From Andalucia godoyi And28 (lineage: Eukaryota; Protista; Jakobida): a DNA stretch of 64,000 bases. Below, in pieces: positions 42,001 through 53,100 of this stretch. A program made the translations under genes and the position numbers. The stretch's first letter is position 1. Each line of letters opens with the position of its first letter. The notes below the pieces were generated by a model that did not search any database, was not told where the DNA came from, and was given only the letters and a program-made list of their open reading frames with translations. The stretch lies in NCBI GenBank assembly GCA_009859145.1, contig VRVR01000043.1:82721-146720 (forward strand), in the 5' to 3' direction.

Positions 42001-42216
42001 GATGTGCAAGACTTGGAAGAGCCAGCTCACCCTGCTTCTGCAGAATCAGTTGTCCCCGAATTGAATGATGATGATGAAGCAAGTGTGACGGACGCTAGTA
42101 ATCCCAGTGCTGTTGATGCGTCGATGGAAGGCGAACATGACGTTCAAGACACGGATGCTGGCACAGCTTCTCTTCCCGAGGTTTCCGAAGAATCTGAGCG
42201 CAAGAAAACAGAGTGA
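36070..42216 (+). CDS. FRY: Furry/TAO3/MOR2-PAG1-like cell morphogenesis scaffold protein
   Basis: 2048-aa helical (ARM/HEAT-like) ORF. N-terminal motifs AAEFMGAIS...F and IY..VTKWAKKGKH...LMSVMLCVSAPEFF resemble the MOR2-PAG1 N-terminal domain. Acidic C-terminal tail. Confidence 0.65.
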   Translation: METQIFSSLLSQIEEILVSSADADHVVPDSPVLHALQHTVVAYGRLPDRFGSVLDALRMLELSVLGRLAPTPASLLAGKKSAKEKDREEQMLAHSSDPTMTVDQTSGDGTVEYRCISMMHEAYRNGRNSGISEKLPIDVLKHAYDHLSPKYSPSVQRRAAEFMGAISSHQLSECSRIFVQAMKLIKKDDDERAFVPYQAAVRFLSFSLSPPEKSVASSSSASAAHNRSRSAMSSDKSSDKSDDLSPIQNCTLSYLEELIAVMPKIDRGVLRKQICDSLKSMFLRSSGIDILYRTNSQFAEIFRKIYVQVTKWAKKGKHTMFSLSLMSVMLCVSAPEFFSSKKPSFAEDFFKTYWPFITSKEVPVSYALQLFADFLGFVNDRVLAECSADFESWMVKTLNIILPPKKSSVLVVSLESDEARVLEDTIVNLGRKHLAFAMNFVRDVLSEPYTDVQRGIVLRALARVAQESRDKMVPYHLQFGPLLHAFLQMQNVDLPVLRSIFLCFPHIKHPSPDKMAEIRDLTGNFVLHADRQVSQSAALSLKEYAVIDEHMLEVLRIYAAVLSNIDVLAMRSSIVLRIFQQTQLILSSLSKETLSNMDKASQLTLIHLRLRLESIAIMWLQHPDPIMEYEAVRLLVYLASDHLAQCESIAVEGIELRIPPAAATVLGVDNAETANAEELRRSLLTSKFRSVLDVQIQCAWRELISRWNSSVLVSGIAFSTPNPTNSASDPSPIDLYEEDLDENVRTELIHNLLLFLCSTVTTEDEHACALAVNDGNYGIPPLPRIRNADVLSFVLCFVRFLHTEKEDLRNAAVRSTISVTPSCVEAFASALRDTSNGEKPLPPGTPASVMAKRKAQNPYQVDPEYEKAAINILANLGACVDVSQYPTAYSSYHEWMEQLLGVWIFHRKPQISSTFVGIQSAYHPRALAAIGHWVRLLVDAPQRVDPITLKNSPPSEHQRVFKDYAASSCFSDSKDDRLLFVSSLFRYSSAVDSEDLFHAFLQFIHANVEDDATYERAIAAMRSLVLNEVKRVPVLLDLVFMNNDHLFLRALVEEYTAGSIVGLIPKAQVYVIASYFSTSALFSLRYQACILGKTYYPEATDNASLLNDPEDAHLIHGSAMNDFFAQHDPHVTVDFLSEISRVIDLLLKVNSAAGNSHSETLLGRLERLLRISQPWIRNYVLLVSSISADHEDDDAVESDDDYRSPVVSDPPSPVSKLRLGPSPDPTSLSILKTLLGITQSIKLVFPAMWPLLVEGWLQVLTFYPNSEVIPSSFGPAWSELVRFIVSQYQDTLADVQSARKLETRATLTALILHLTRPRPGQLLCDPASSFYFRRIVLQLLTSFLRHYKEQDWNPSCLEPKEVLEEHPSATERAACALVACVAVECLVIDRRWNPSVTQVEMVKLVPLFLLQIFVLFDKDTYGAASESWCGYFTKAFGSKSSDLVDVLVSVQDFGFPSVVEDVAEGAYAWMVSTMDAKIRLRAFAVYSKILEVFPDRLSLAETRELRITKSVVFASHANVDLQLYESILCAIPRFPLSEKNCRTWFRLLASGLFGASRTLYKCCLSGLVSVLSEAVWLTEDSSILAEEIVEVFCSGSKSIPLDYAVAQILHFGLLCSETIELTIKLLQILAKAAVASLPSSNKIIVCILIGYALLRDKNGMIEQRDSFLNASGYSSLATFQKESFTKAFDALMGDQNDACRFSLWLLTKVVRDGQPSVRDCSFTYLDELLPVFQRHWTHALYVDVRSLCLSYVTSQVSAAWINSARHALFYCITHVPEGLREELVPVNFGFSSKPVSYYTSGKQRIVKRNLVSWDRATVRVDVEFLTNGPGIPRLSAFTDLDCELLGAVGTRAVHSAFKFVGCDGAWEYDFDPAVHEPMSSFCMSVFSETEEVVKGLDDSFVSPLDRTPSKMFLKQSGSETPTSTGTPRQFEDSTSTVIPVTVPAAAPVAASLDNDEESDGSHNVEDEDVDTSISEDSDVQDLEEPAHPASAESVVPELNDDDEASVTDASNPSAVDASMEGEHDVQDTDAGTASLPEVSEESERKKTE

Positions 42217-42309
42217 CTATGTCCCGAGTCGCGTGAAAGACAATGAAAGAATGAAAAGAAAGGACTTCTTGCTATTGTTTTCGATGTTAATAAATTGGAA
42301 GATTTTTTT

Positions 42310-43686
42310 TTATGCGAAGTTCATTAGATTTGCCGCAAGAAACAGCGCCTGGACTGCAGAAGTCCCGCAAATAACACACATTGTGAGGGAATGACTGGAC
42401 AGCAATTCAAACCCCCCTAACAGCAGTGCATTGATCTTGTATGCCCAGAGGATGTATGCCCACACAACGAACGACGAAGCCCATTCCGTGATGGCAAGGA
42501 TCCCCAAATAGAGTATGACATCGTCGAATCGCTCCTCGGGTAGTTGTGAAATGCTAAACATGAAAAAGACTGCATTCCAGGAGTACCGGAGAAACACCAT
42601 ACAAGACAAAAATAAGAACACCGACAAGCGCTGAGCATTGGCACTGTGGTAAAAGGACATGCCGTTTTGCTGGCGATACGCAAACAGCATATTTGAAAAC
42701 TGGAGTTGGTTCTCATCCTGGGCAGTGATGAGCGGAGTTTTCGGGATACTGTTCAATGATCTGGACAGCACAAAGCGCTTAAAGAACCAGCTGCTCATCA
42801 TCAACGAGTTGGACACAATTTCGGAAAAAAGAACGATAAATTGGAAAAGAAGTAAGATGAGAATGCTTTCAATCTTCAACGTGATTGCTTTCAGGAATAC
42901 ATTCTGATAGGTGGGGAAAAACCAAAATGACAGGGACAGAACTCCAGCAGATTTCGCGGTCTTGCTTTTTGATAAATTGAAAGTTGCAAGAAACCTACAA
43001 ATGATGCACGGAATCGGAAACAAGACCGAAAACGCAAGATTCGAAACTGTGTCCAGATTCTGCGTCAGCAAGCTCACTCCGAGACATGCTGTATAAGTGT
43101 ACGTCAAGATGATTAAAAACGCAAAGTTCAGAAAGCGAGAAGTCTTGAGCGGAATTGCGGGACGGAACAGCTTGGAAGCTCCACTGAGTACCCCGACGTA
43201 CAAAACCAAGAATGCCGAGGTGAACACGGTCGGGACGTATCTATAGAATTGCGAATCAGCGTCGAATCCAAAAGAAAGGACAAGAGCAATACACAGAGTG
43301 TAGACGCCAGCGTGAACCATGGAAACAACCAGTTTCATCCAAACACCAAAATGGGACCTAGGATGACACAGTCGCTGGTACACGGAGCCAATAACCCAAG
43401 TCAGAAACGCAACATGGATTGCATCGACAATGCAGAAATATAACAGAAACTGACGACACTGTGATCCGGCGTCGCCCAAGGCTGCCTGAGGCTCCGAGTC
43501 CACCCCGCAGCGCCAGGACGCTGTGGGGTGTGCCGACAGCGGGATGCACAGCCATATCAGAGCCAGAATCAAAGAATAGGAAAGTTGCTTCGCAGCGGTA
43601 ATCACCAGTGTACCGTACGAGAACCCTGCATACTCCGCTGAGGACACAGCGGGGGTTGGTGTTGAAGTAGCTGCAGAATCATCCAT
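42310..43686 (-). CDS. Hypothetical polytopic membrane protein (about 10-12 TM helices)
   Basis: 458-aa ORF dominated by hydrophobic helices; no family recognised. Confidence 0.8.
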   Translation of the reverse strand: MDDSAATSTPTPAVSSAEYAGFSYGTLVITAAKQLSYSLILALIWLCIPLSAHPTASWRCGVDSEPQAALGDAGSQCRQFLLYFCIVDAIHVAFLTWVIGSVYQRLCHPRSHFGVWMKLVVSMVHAGVYTLCIALVLSFGFDADSQFYRYVPTVFTSAFLVLYVGVLSGASKLFRPAIPLKTSRFLNFAFLIILTYTYTACLGVSLLTQNLDTVSNLAFSVLFPIPCIICRFLATFNLSKSKTAKSAGVLSLSFWFFPTYQNVFLKAITLKIESILILLLFQFIVLFSEIVSNSLMMSSWFFKRFVLSRSLNSIPKTPLITAQDENQLQFSNMLFAYRQQNGMSFYHSANAQRLSVFLFLSCMVFLRYSWNAVFFMFSISQLPEERFDDVILYLGILAITEWASSFVVWAYILWAYKINALLLGGFELLSSHSLTMCVICGTSAVQALFLAANLMNFA

Positions 43687-44110
43687 CGAATGTAGCGTAA
43701 ATCATGAAATTAGCTCTCGATTATATTGTTACTAACCACGAACGAACAGCAGTGATAGTAGTGTAGTAGTGATGGTTATGGCGATGATAGCAGTAGCACT
43801 CCCGCTTGGAAATGCGTGGGATTTTTTTTTTCATTAGTTGTGATGGTAGCAGGAGAATGGGAGCAGAAACGCGTGCGAGGTGCTGTACACGTTGTGAACA
43901 AAAGGCTAGGCTCAAGTGCTTGTATCATGTTGGACATTAAAGGGAACGGGGTTTTTTTTTATATTACAGCTGGCATTCAGGAGGACAGCCCAGAGCAAAA
44001 GCCAGTGGAGATGAGCGTGAGACGGTACCTGGGAGTTGAAAAAAATCGGTATTGGTACTTTACGGAAGGGGCCTTATCTACAGTGCACGCGGCCCCGACC
44101 ACGGTGTTTT

Positions 44111-47100
44111 CTACTCATGAAGCGACCGTGGAGAGTTGGCGGAGGGTGCGGACGCAAGCAGTTCATGGAAGAAGTCCTTGTTCCGCAAACGCTTCTCCGC
44201 TACGGACATTCTATCGATCTCGGATATCCGTTCCCGCGAGTTTTGCAGTTCTCGGTTGTACATTCCAACCCGCTGAATTACTCGGAACTTCTCTGCAGTA
44301 ACCTGACGAAGCTCCGATTCACGACGGTCCTTTTCCTGTGCGTCAATACCAGGGTCCTGCAGGATCTGCCTCAGTTCTTCTTCACCGTTGCGGAGGTCTG
44401 CTTCTTTGGAATTCGATTCCTTCAGCCGCCGCTCCAAAGTGCGGACTTTGATGGACAGCTGTGCCAGCAAATCCACACTTCCTTGAATACCGTCAGTTGC
44501 GCTTTCGTCATCCGACAAGGACGACATTGCCCCCACATCCTTCTCGGAGCCGTGGTCTTCATCGAGCGAAGCAAGGTACTGAGAAATGTGCGGATCAGAA
44601 TCAAGGCCGCCGTACTTTGAAACAAGCGACCGAACAGCGTCATCTGAAAGGGACTCCCCAGGCGTCGAAGACGACTCATCAACAACGGCCGTCGGTCTCT
44701 TCAATTTTTTTCTGTACGCACGAGAAGCAATTCCAGACACGAGGTTGTGAAACTCTCCTTTTGGACCGTCTGCTGATTTGGAAATCTCGGACAAGGCGTG
44801 CAACACGACCATGGAAAAGTCTCCCGGATCAGACAATCTATCGCGATGAATAAATAATGTCTTCTCAGCACCTCGGTACAAATAGGAGTGCCCAAGCGGA
44901 TTTGCAGCAGGAAGCCCGTTAGCTGTCTCGCATTCCGAATTGGGTAGCAGAGATGCAATCAATACTGACGGAGAACCCATGCGAGAAAGCGCATCAGCAC
45001 ACAAATCCAATCCGAAATTGTATGCTGCAGCTTCCGAATCTTCAAGATCCGTCGGCGGGGTTAACCGCAATGTGGAGTCCTTGCGCTTCGCAATCGCGCA
45101 ATCCATTTCGTCGGTCCATGCCACCGATGCAGATGCTGTTTGCAGCGACTGTTGCTGGTGTCTTCGAAGACGGGCCGCAATTTCCTCCAGCGATGATGCC
45201 GCTTTCACCCTCTTTTTCACATGGTCTGCATGGGACATCTGAATGGACGAGAGTCGATGATCAATCTCATCCAGCTTTGAATACAATGGGGAACTCATCA
45301 GAGAACGGAACCAATCCGTCTCTGTAGACCACTCTCCCGAAGCCATGATCATCTTTGAAGAATCGGCAGGAACAACAGAGTATCCAGAGGCAACAACAGC
45401 TGTGTTTTCTTGTGCTTGTGCTTGTGCTTGTTCCTGTGCCTGTTGCCTTGCCACTTCTTCGTCCTTTTGCTTCTGAGCTTCATCCTGCCGCTTCTTTGCC
45501 TCCTCCATCTCCTTTTCCGCCTGGATCTTCCGCAGCCGCTCTTCCTCAGCCGTTTTCTTCTCCAATTCCAGTTGTTCTTTCCGACTTTCTTCCTGTTTCT
45601 GTCGCTCAGCTTCCAGGCGCAATCGCTCGGATGAAGCAAGCTTCTGCTCCTCCTCACGGCGCTTTTCTTCCTCAAGAGCTATCGTCTTCTCCCGTTCTTC
45701 AGTTTCAAGACGCAGACGTTCGGCTTCTCTCCGAGCTTCTTCATCTCGACGCTTCCTATCTTCTTCTTCTGCTGCCAATCGTGCCTCTTCTCGCTCTCGT
45801 GCAATTCGGTCGGCTTCTTTTCGAGACCGCTCGGCCTCCTCCTCCTCTCGCTTCTTCTTTTCAAGCTCGGCCTCCATTGCAGCCTTCTTGATACGGAGCT
45901 TTTCCTCTTGTTTCTTCTTCAGTTTCTCGCGAACAGCCCTTTCTTGACGCTCCCGTTCGCCATCAAGCGCCGACTCCAGACGAGCTTGCTCGGAAGCATA
46001 TCGCTGCATGATCTCGTTCTTCTGATCGGCGGTCGCAGACTGCAGTTCCGCGGACATCTCGGCTTCTCGCTGCAGACGCATGGCTTCCATCTTCTTTTCT
46101 TTTTGCTCACGGGCTGCGGTAATTTCCTGCTCCATCCTGCTCTGTTCCTGAATAAACTTATCCTCGAGATCGCGCAGTTCCTTCTCGATCGCTTCTTGCT
46201 GCGCTCTTTCCAGTTCTCTGCGTTCTGTCTCGAACTTCAACTTTGCATCGGCTCGATCTTCTTCCAATTTCTTCTGCAGCGCGCGGAGATCTGCAGCACG
46301 ACGAGCGGCCTCAATTCCCTGTGCCTTTAACATTGATTCTTGCGGGGAAAGCTCAGCACAAGCTGTTGCTATTTCATCGAGTTGGTGCTGTCGCAGTTCC
46401 AACCTTGATCGAGCATGTAAAACCTCCATCTCCAACAGTTGTTCGTCCTCTTCGACATCAGGAAGTGCGGATAGTTCTTCTGCTGTAAGGAGCTGGCGAA
46501 CTTTGCGAATGGATTGCAGGAGACGCTGCTTCTCATCAGCCTGCGCCTTGGAAAGCGCCTGCGATTCGGCAACATGTCGCTGCTGCATTGTGACCTCGAT
46601 CGCCTGTGCGATGACTTCTTGCGAAATAGATCCTTCTGCAACAGCTTGCTCAATGGCATGTTTCTCGCTTTCGACTGCAGCCTTACTCTTGACGTCGAGA
46701 GTCTCTCGAGCCTGCTGAGCCATCTCTTTTCGCTTTTCCGATTCTTGCTTGCTGACCAATTCGACGACCTTCTTACGCTTCTTCTCCTCCAACCGACGCT
46801 TCAGCTCTTCTGCCTGTCGACCTTTCTCAGAGTCCACTTTCTCCAGCAGTTTCTCGAGCTCTTTCTGATGCGCCTCCATAATCTTGCTAGCTTCCGTTTC
46901 ATCTTGCGCAGAAGCCAGTTCCTGTTCAGTCTGAGCAGCAAGCTTTGCTTTTTCTTCTGCAATCTGCCGTTTCTTTTGGTCCTCCACGCGCCTCAGTTCC
47001 TTATCCGCTTCCTTCTTCATCTCGGATTCCAACTCGGAAAGCACTTGCTCTTGCTCAGCAACGTGCTGCGCTTCCATTTCAGCAATGATTCGCGCATGCT

Positions 47101-50100
47101 GACGCTGAAGCGCACGCTCTGCATCACTTGAAACATTTTCGTGGGCATTCGTCACAATGTCAGAGATCGCACCCGACAAGCCAGCAGGAAGAGGGTCGTT
47201 TTCCGCAGAAACATGAGCGTCGTCATTTCCTTCACTTACATCGGATTGAACCAGACGAAGATCTCTGATGGACTTCTCTTGTTCCTCAATCTGGCGCTTT
47301 TCCTCCTCCATCTTCTTCTTTCTCAGGGAACGTTCCTTTTCTTCCTTCTTCTTCAGCAGCGCAGCTTTCGCATCCGCCCGCTGTTTCTCCCGTTCAATTT
47401 CTAGATTCTCTTCCAATGATTGCAGCTCTGCAGAGAACGTTTCCATGAGGCGTTTCTTTTCGGAATCAGTGTGGACACCTTTTCGCTGCATTTCGGCAGC
47501 CAACCGTTGTTCCAGCTCAGCACGCTTCTGTTCGTAAGAATTGCCAATATGAGAATCAATGTTGGCGAGCACAATATCCTCCTCTTTCCGAATCTCTTCA
47601 ACCAGCACAGCCCGTTCCGCTTCAAAGCTTTGTTGCTTGCGGGCCACACGGCTCGCAAGCTGGCGCTCAATCTGACCTTTTTGCTGTTCCCATGCGAGTG
47701 CGACCGACTGTGACCCGGCACCTTCGCCCTCGCTGCTTTCCGAACCATTCACTTTGGAATTCGCGGCCGACGCATCGGCCAGCAGATGCTTAACTTCCTG
47801 ATCCGCTTCTGACAATTCTGCATCTCTTTCAGCAGCCTGTCGTTTTGCCAGAGACTCGCGCATCTTGGACTTTCGTGCACTCAGCCTCTTTTCCAGCAAT
47901 TCCTTCTGTCGACGCTGTTCAACAGACATATTCTTATCAATAGCTGCAACATCTTCTGCTAAACATTTCAAAATCCTCTCCTTCTCCGCTTCGGATGAAG
48001 CCTCGTTCAAGGCTTCCTGCGCAGCACGACGAAGCGCATCCTCTTGAGATTGCTTAGCAATAACCAATCTTTCCTCTGCAGCAGCACGGTCTGCTTCTTC
48101 CTCATGAAGAAGCATGCTTTCCAGGTCTCTCTTCTCCTTGTCATGTACTTCGGCAAGGTGTTCATGTCGCTCTTCCAACCGCTGATGCAACAAAGATTCC
48201 TTCGTCACGGTCGGTTTTTTCTTTGCGCCTGATTGTCGTCCCGCGCCATCTTTGACGCTCGATACTACAGATGCAGTATCCGCAGCCTGCTCAGAGCTCT
48301 CATCAGCGCTTTTCGCAACTTCAACTTGCAAAATGCTAGAACGCTCACGACGAGCCGCCGTCTCCTCGATGGCTGCTTCCGATACTTGTTTGTCACGGAG
48401 TTTATCGACGAGGCATTTGCGCCGTTCTTGCAACCGCTGCGACAACTGGGATCGCTGTCTTCTTGCCTCCGAATCGAGAGCCGATTCCAGATTCTCGGAG
48501 GCAGACTGAAATTCTTTCATAATCCGATCCTTTTCATACTCATCATCCCCAGCAGCTGACAAGCGGAGCTGCATTTGTCGATCCAACATGGATCGTGCGC
48601 TCTTAGCGCTCGACTTCAAATCCTCATCAAGATTTGCAAATTCTTCACGTTCTTCGCTGGCCAGGACATCCTCTAGATTGGCGCGTTCGGCGGAGTGACG
48701 TTCTTGCATGCGGGCCCGTCGGTGAGCCAGCTTCCGCTCAAGAGAATCAAGCTGCGCCTGTTGCTCCAAAGAAATGGCGTCAGAATATCTGGTTGCATCC
48801 AACTGCCCGTCCGCAATAAGTTTTCTGATTTCCTCTTGCACCTTGGCGTCCAATTCTGCAGACGAATATGTCGCATCTGCATCTCCATTTTGCTGCGAGT
48901 CCTTTGCGTTCCCAGAGCCAATAACTACTGAAAGACCTTGTTTCTTGGCCTCCACAATGGACTTCAACAGCTCTGGATCCAGAACAGTGCCCTCCTTGTC
49001 ACCAGCAACAACACGCGCAGCTTGTACATCGGTTAACAATCCCATCTCGTGGAGCATTTTCGCCATGAACTGCGACATTGCATGCGTGAACTCCGGCGGC
49101 AAATCATATGTCTGAGCTGCTTCTCGTTCGCGTGCTTGATGCTCACGCTCCAAAAGCGGATCTGCAGCATTTCGAACATTACGATGCCACTCGTCAATCC
49201 ATCCCAGCTCGGAAAGGTCCTGCACTTGAGGTCTTTGGAAGCGGTCCAAAGACTCCTCCAACTGACGGCCAACGGCTGCGACATCGTAGGAATGCTCTTT
49301 GTCCAACTTGCTGACACCTTCCGCATCACCCCTTGCTTCGCAACGCTTTCTGCCCTTCTTGTACTGCTGTTCCAAATCGTTCAAACGGTCTGCCACAGCT
49401 GACAACCCCGCAGCGGCTTGCTCGCAGTGACGCAGCATTCGCTCTTCCGACTCTCGTCGAGATGCATCCATGGACATCAGCGCTGCGACTGCGTCATCAC
49501 CGCATGCCTCTCGCAACGCCTCCTCTGAATCAAGGCGGCGGGTTCTCTCTTTCTCGGCAAGAAGACGGGCATCAGCTGTGGATCGTTCTAATGTCTTCAT
49601 ATGTTGCACGATCTTCTCAGGAGAGGCGCCCTGTGCACGTGCTTCCTTGAGAGCTGCAAAGGACTTGTCCCAATCATCTGTGCAAGCACGCTGGCGTCTG
49701 ATGAACACTTCGCGAGCAGCCATTTCGTCTTCCAGTGCTTTCTTCATCTCCTCTACAGGAATGACATCTTCAGGACGAAGTTCACGCGCACCGCCAGGTA
49801 GCACAGACCACATTTCGTTGCCCAACCCAGTCGGTGCGAGAATTCGAGCTTGCTTGCGAGACTTCTTTCCAAGACGTGATCCGAGAAGGGACTTGATATT
49901 CTCAGTTTCTTCGAGAATTCTCTCACAAACGTTCGCTGCATCACCACGGGAAGCATCAAGACGAGCCTGCACTTGCGATGCGTGTTTGTCAAGAGTCTCG
50001 TACACCCTGGAAGCATTGAACCCTTCCAGGTCAACCTGCCTTTCAAAATCCCAAAAGTCGTCCGCGAACGCCTCCAGGTCGTAATTCTGATCATTGATCT

Positions 50101-53100
50101 CGGGAGCAGACTTTTGTTTGGAAACTTCTGAAGACATCCCTAATGGTGCAACAGCACCAACGGCGGAAGACGTAACCATGTGCTCTCGGGAGACTTCCGG
50201 GATGTCAGCGGCAGTCAGATTCGGGCCGCCAAAGCGATACTTGGGAAGCTTGGCTGTTGCAGATCCTTTGGAAGCATACTTGTCAAAGTCGTGCTGCAAT
50301 GCAGATTCTCGATACGCCGGATCTTCCAATGTGTCGCGGCCCCAAGACTTGCTGCGGAAATAGTACAGGCCCCCGATCAATCCTCCGATCAATATAAGAA
50401 GACCGACCAAAAGAATCGCAATCAGCAACCAATCGGGTTCCAAAAGAATGTTATCCGACCGACGAACGCCCACAGACACCAAGTTGGACGCGGTCAGAGG
50501 ACCAATCCGAGAATCTTTAGGGCAATCTTGATTATCATCCAGAACAGAAATGATCTGCAATCGAGAACTAGAAGCGGCATCCGAAAACACGTAGACTCCA
50601 CGATCATTGAACGTGAAGGCAAACGTCGCGATCGTCGTCAACGGATCCTTCAACTGGTCCTTCAGCTGTCGGAAGGCACCGTAGTCAAAATTTGGATTCG
50701 TGTTGTACAAAGAATCCTTTTCATACACCGGATAATGAGTTCGGTCAGAAGGGATGGACCACAGCATGCCTTCGCCTTTCTTGAGGCAAACGACAGGTTG
50801 ATCAATACCTGATGGTAGTGTGCTGGAATCGCGAACAGTTACGGAATGTGTCATGAACGTAGACGAAACGGCCACAGACGTGTTTCGCTTTCCAATCAAC
50901 AAAGAATCCAAATAAGAAAAACTTGCATCATAAACTCCTCTGAATCCATCCGAATACATGTGAGTTACAAGGAATCCACAACTGGAGCCGATTCCGACGG
51001 AGCGACATTGCACAATTCCGGTCATGGACGATGTGTTGTAAGACGAATACGACCCTGATACAGGGTCCTTCTGAACCAGCATCTTCATAGACTGATCATA
51101 ATAAACAAGACGCTGCTTTGCTCGACAAGCTTCATCGCAAACAGTGTCCTCGTCTTGCAATTCAGAACACTCACAAGCACCTGTGTTGGGATTAATTCGT
51201 CCACCACCCGAAACGCATTCTTTCGAGCAACTGTACGTGTCCGCCACGCAAGAACCCGTGTGGGTCCTGGCCTGCAAGGAAGTGCAGCGATCAAAAACAA
51301 TGGGCTGGCAGTCGATTGAAGAATCCTCCTGACTCACAGTCAGCTCTTCCGAGTAAAACACGTATCTCGGTTCACAGATGCAGCTTCCATCATACTCTTG
51401 GAATGCTCGATGTGTGCCATTACACTTGCATTCTGTCGCACCTTCAAATGAGTACGAAGACGACCCGCACGGTAGACAGGATGACTGGCCCGTCGTCGGA
51501 TTATACGATCCCGATTTACAATTCAGGCAATCCGAACGAGAACCTTTGCCGCTGTCGGGTTGGTATGTGCCTGCAGGACACTCCAACTCCGCATAAGAGC
51601 CAGAAGGACAGTATGTTCCTGGCTTGCAAATGCGTCCCTTGTGCAGCGACTCGTCAGTCGGAAACTCTTGGATCGTAGAGCCATAGCAAATATATCCTGC
51701 AGGACACGCAGAACAGTATGAGCGATCGGGAGCCGCGCCGTACGTACCCTTGGGACAAGCTTGACAACTGCTATTGGAAGATCTATCGCTCGTGCCGTTG
51801 TTCAAGTACGTTCCAAGCGGACACAACGTCGGTTGCCACGACAGAGGTGGGCAGTACGTGCCGATTGGGCAGTACATAGGAAAAGACGTCCCATTCGTAC
51901 AGTAGTAGCTGCCAGGACAAGGGACGGGAGAAGTAGACCGATCTGGACAATAGTATCCCGCCGGACAAGTGATGGGATATATCGCACCAGCCGGGCAGTA
52001 CGTGCCGCCTGTGCAAGGAATTCGATACTCAGTGGCATTTGGACAGTACGAACCGTCGGCACAGAGAATCGGTGCAGACGAAAGCGCAGGGCAATAACTA
52101 CCCGCAGGACAAGAAATTGGAGAAGAAGAACCGCTAGGGCAGTAGGTTGCACCAAGACACCCTGTTGCCACCACAGTTCCGTTTGAAGCACAAACAAAGC
52201 CAGCGGGACACGCCCCGCAAGACGTGACGTTCATTCCGTTCTCATCAGTTCTGTTTGTGCCTTGAGGACATAAAACAGGAACTGACGATCCCATCGGGCA
52301 ATATTGCCCAGGAGGGCAGGGATAATTCACGTATGTAACCGAGGCATTATTCGGACAGTAGTATCCTGCTGGACAAGAGAGACACCAGGTCGAGTTCGTA
52401 GCCCCGGAAACAGGGTTATACGTACCCACAGGGCACGCGTAGACAGGCGAACTAAACTGGCAGTAATACCCAGGTGAACACGGGGACGGCACAGGATCCC
52501 CAGCAGTACAAATGTATCCAGCAGGACACGGACCACAGACGCTAGAGGTCGTACCTCCCACTCCAGCATTCACAGTATTCCCTGTACATTGCGTCGGATA
52601 CTGCGCACCTTGCAGACAGTAATGGCCCTTGGGACACAAAGACCCTCGGGAATCTCCAACAACATACGGTGGGTTCGGTTGCGAATTTCCAAAATAGCAA
52701 ATGTAGCCTGCTGCACAGTCTCCCGTCACCTGTCCGTCAGTGCAATACTTGCCGGAAGGACATGGGAAGCAACCAGACGCCGACGAAAGCCCCGTGGTGT
52801 TTCCCACAGTGCCCGAAGGGCAAACGACGGGATCCGCAGTCCCTGCAGGGCAGTAAAATCGCAAAGGGCACGTAATCGGAACAGAAGAGTTTCCAGAACA
52901 ATAATAACCAGCAGTGCAGGTTTGGCATGATACTGCATTTGAAGAACTCTGGTACAAACTCGGAGCGCAGCCAATGGGCAGCGATGAACCTGTCGGACAA
53001 TAATGACCAGGTGGGCAGATAAAGGCAGACGGAGTCGCAACTGCCTGTCCTGCAGGGCAATACCAACCTGCTGTGCAATCAACGTTTGGAGCGGTTAAAC

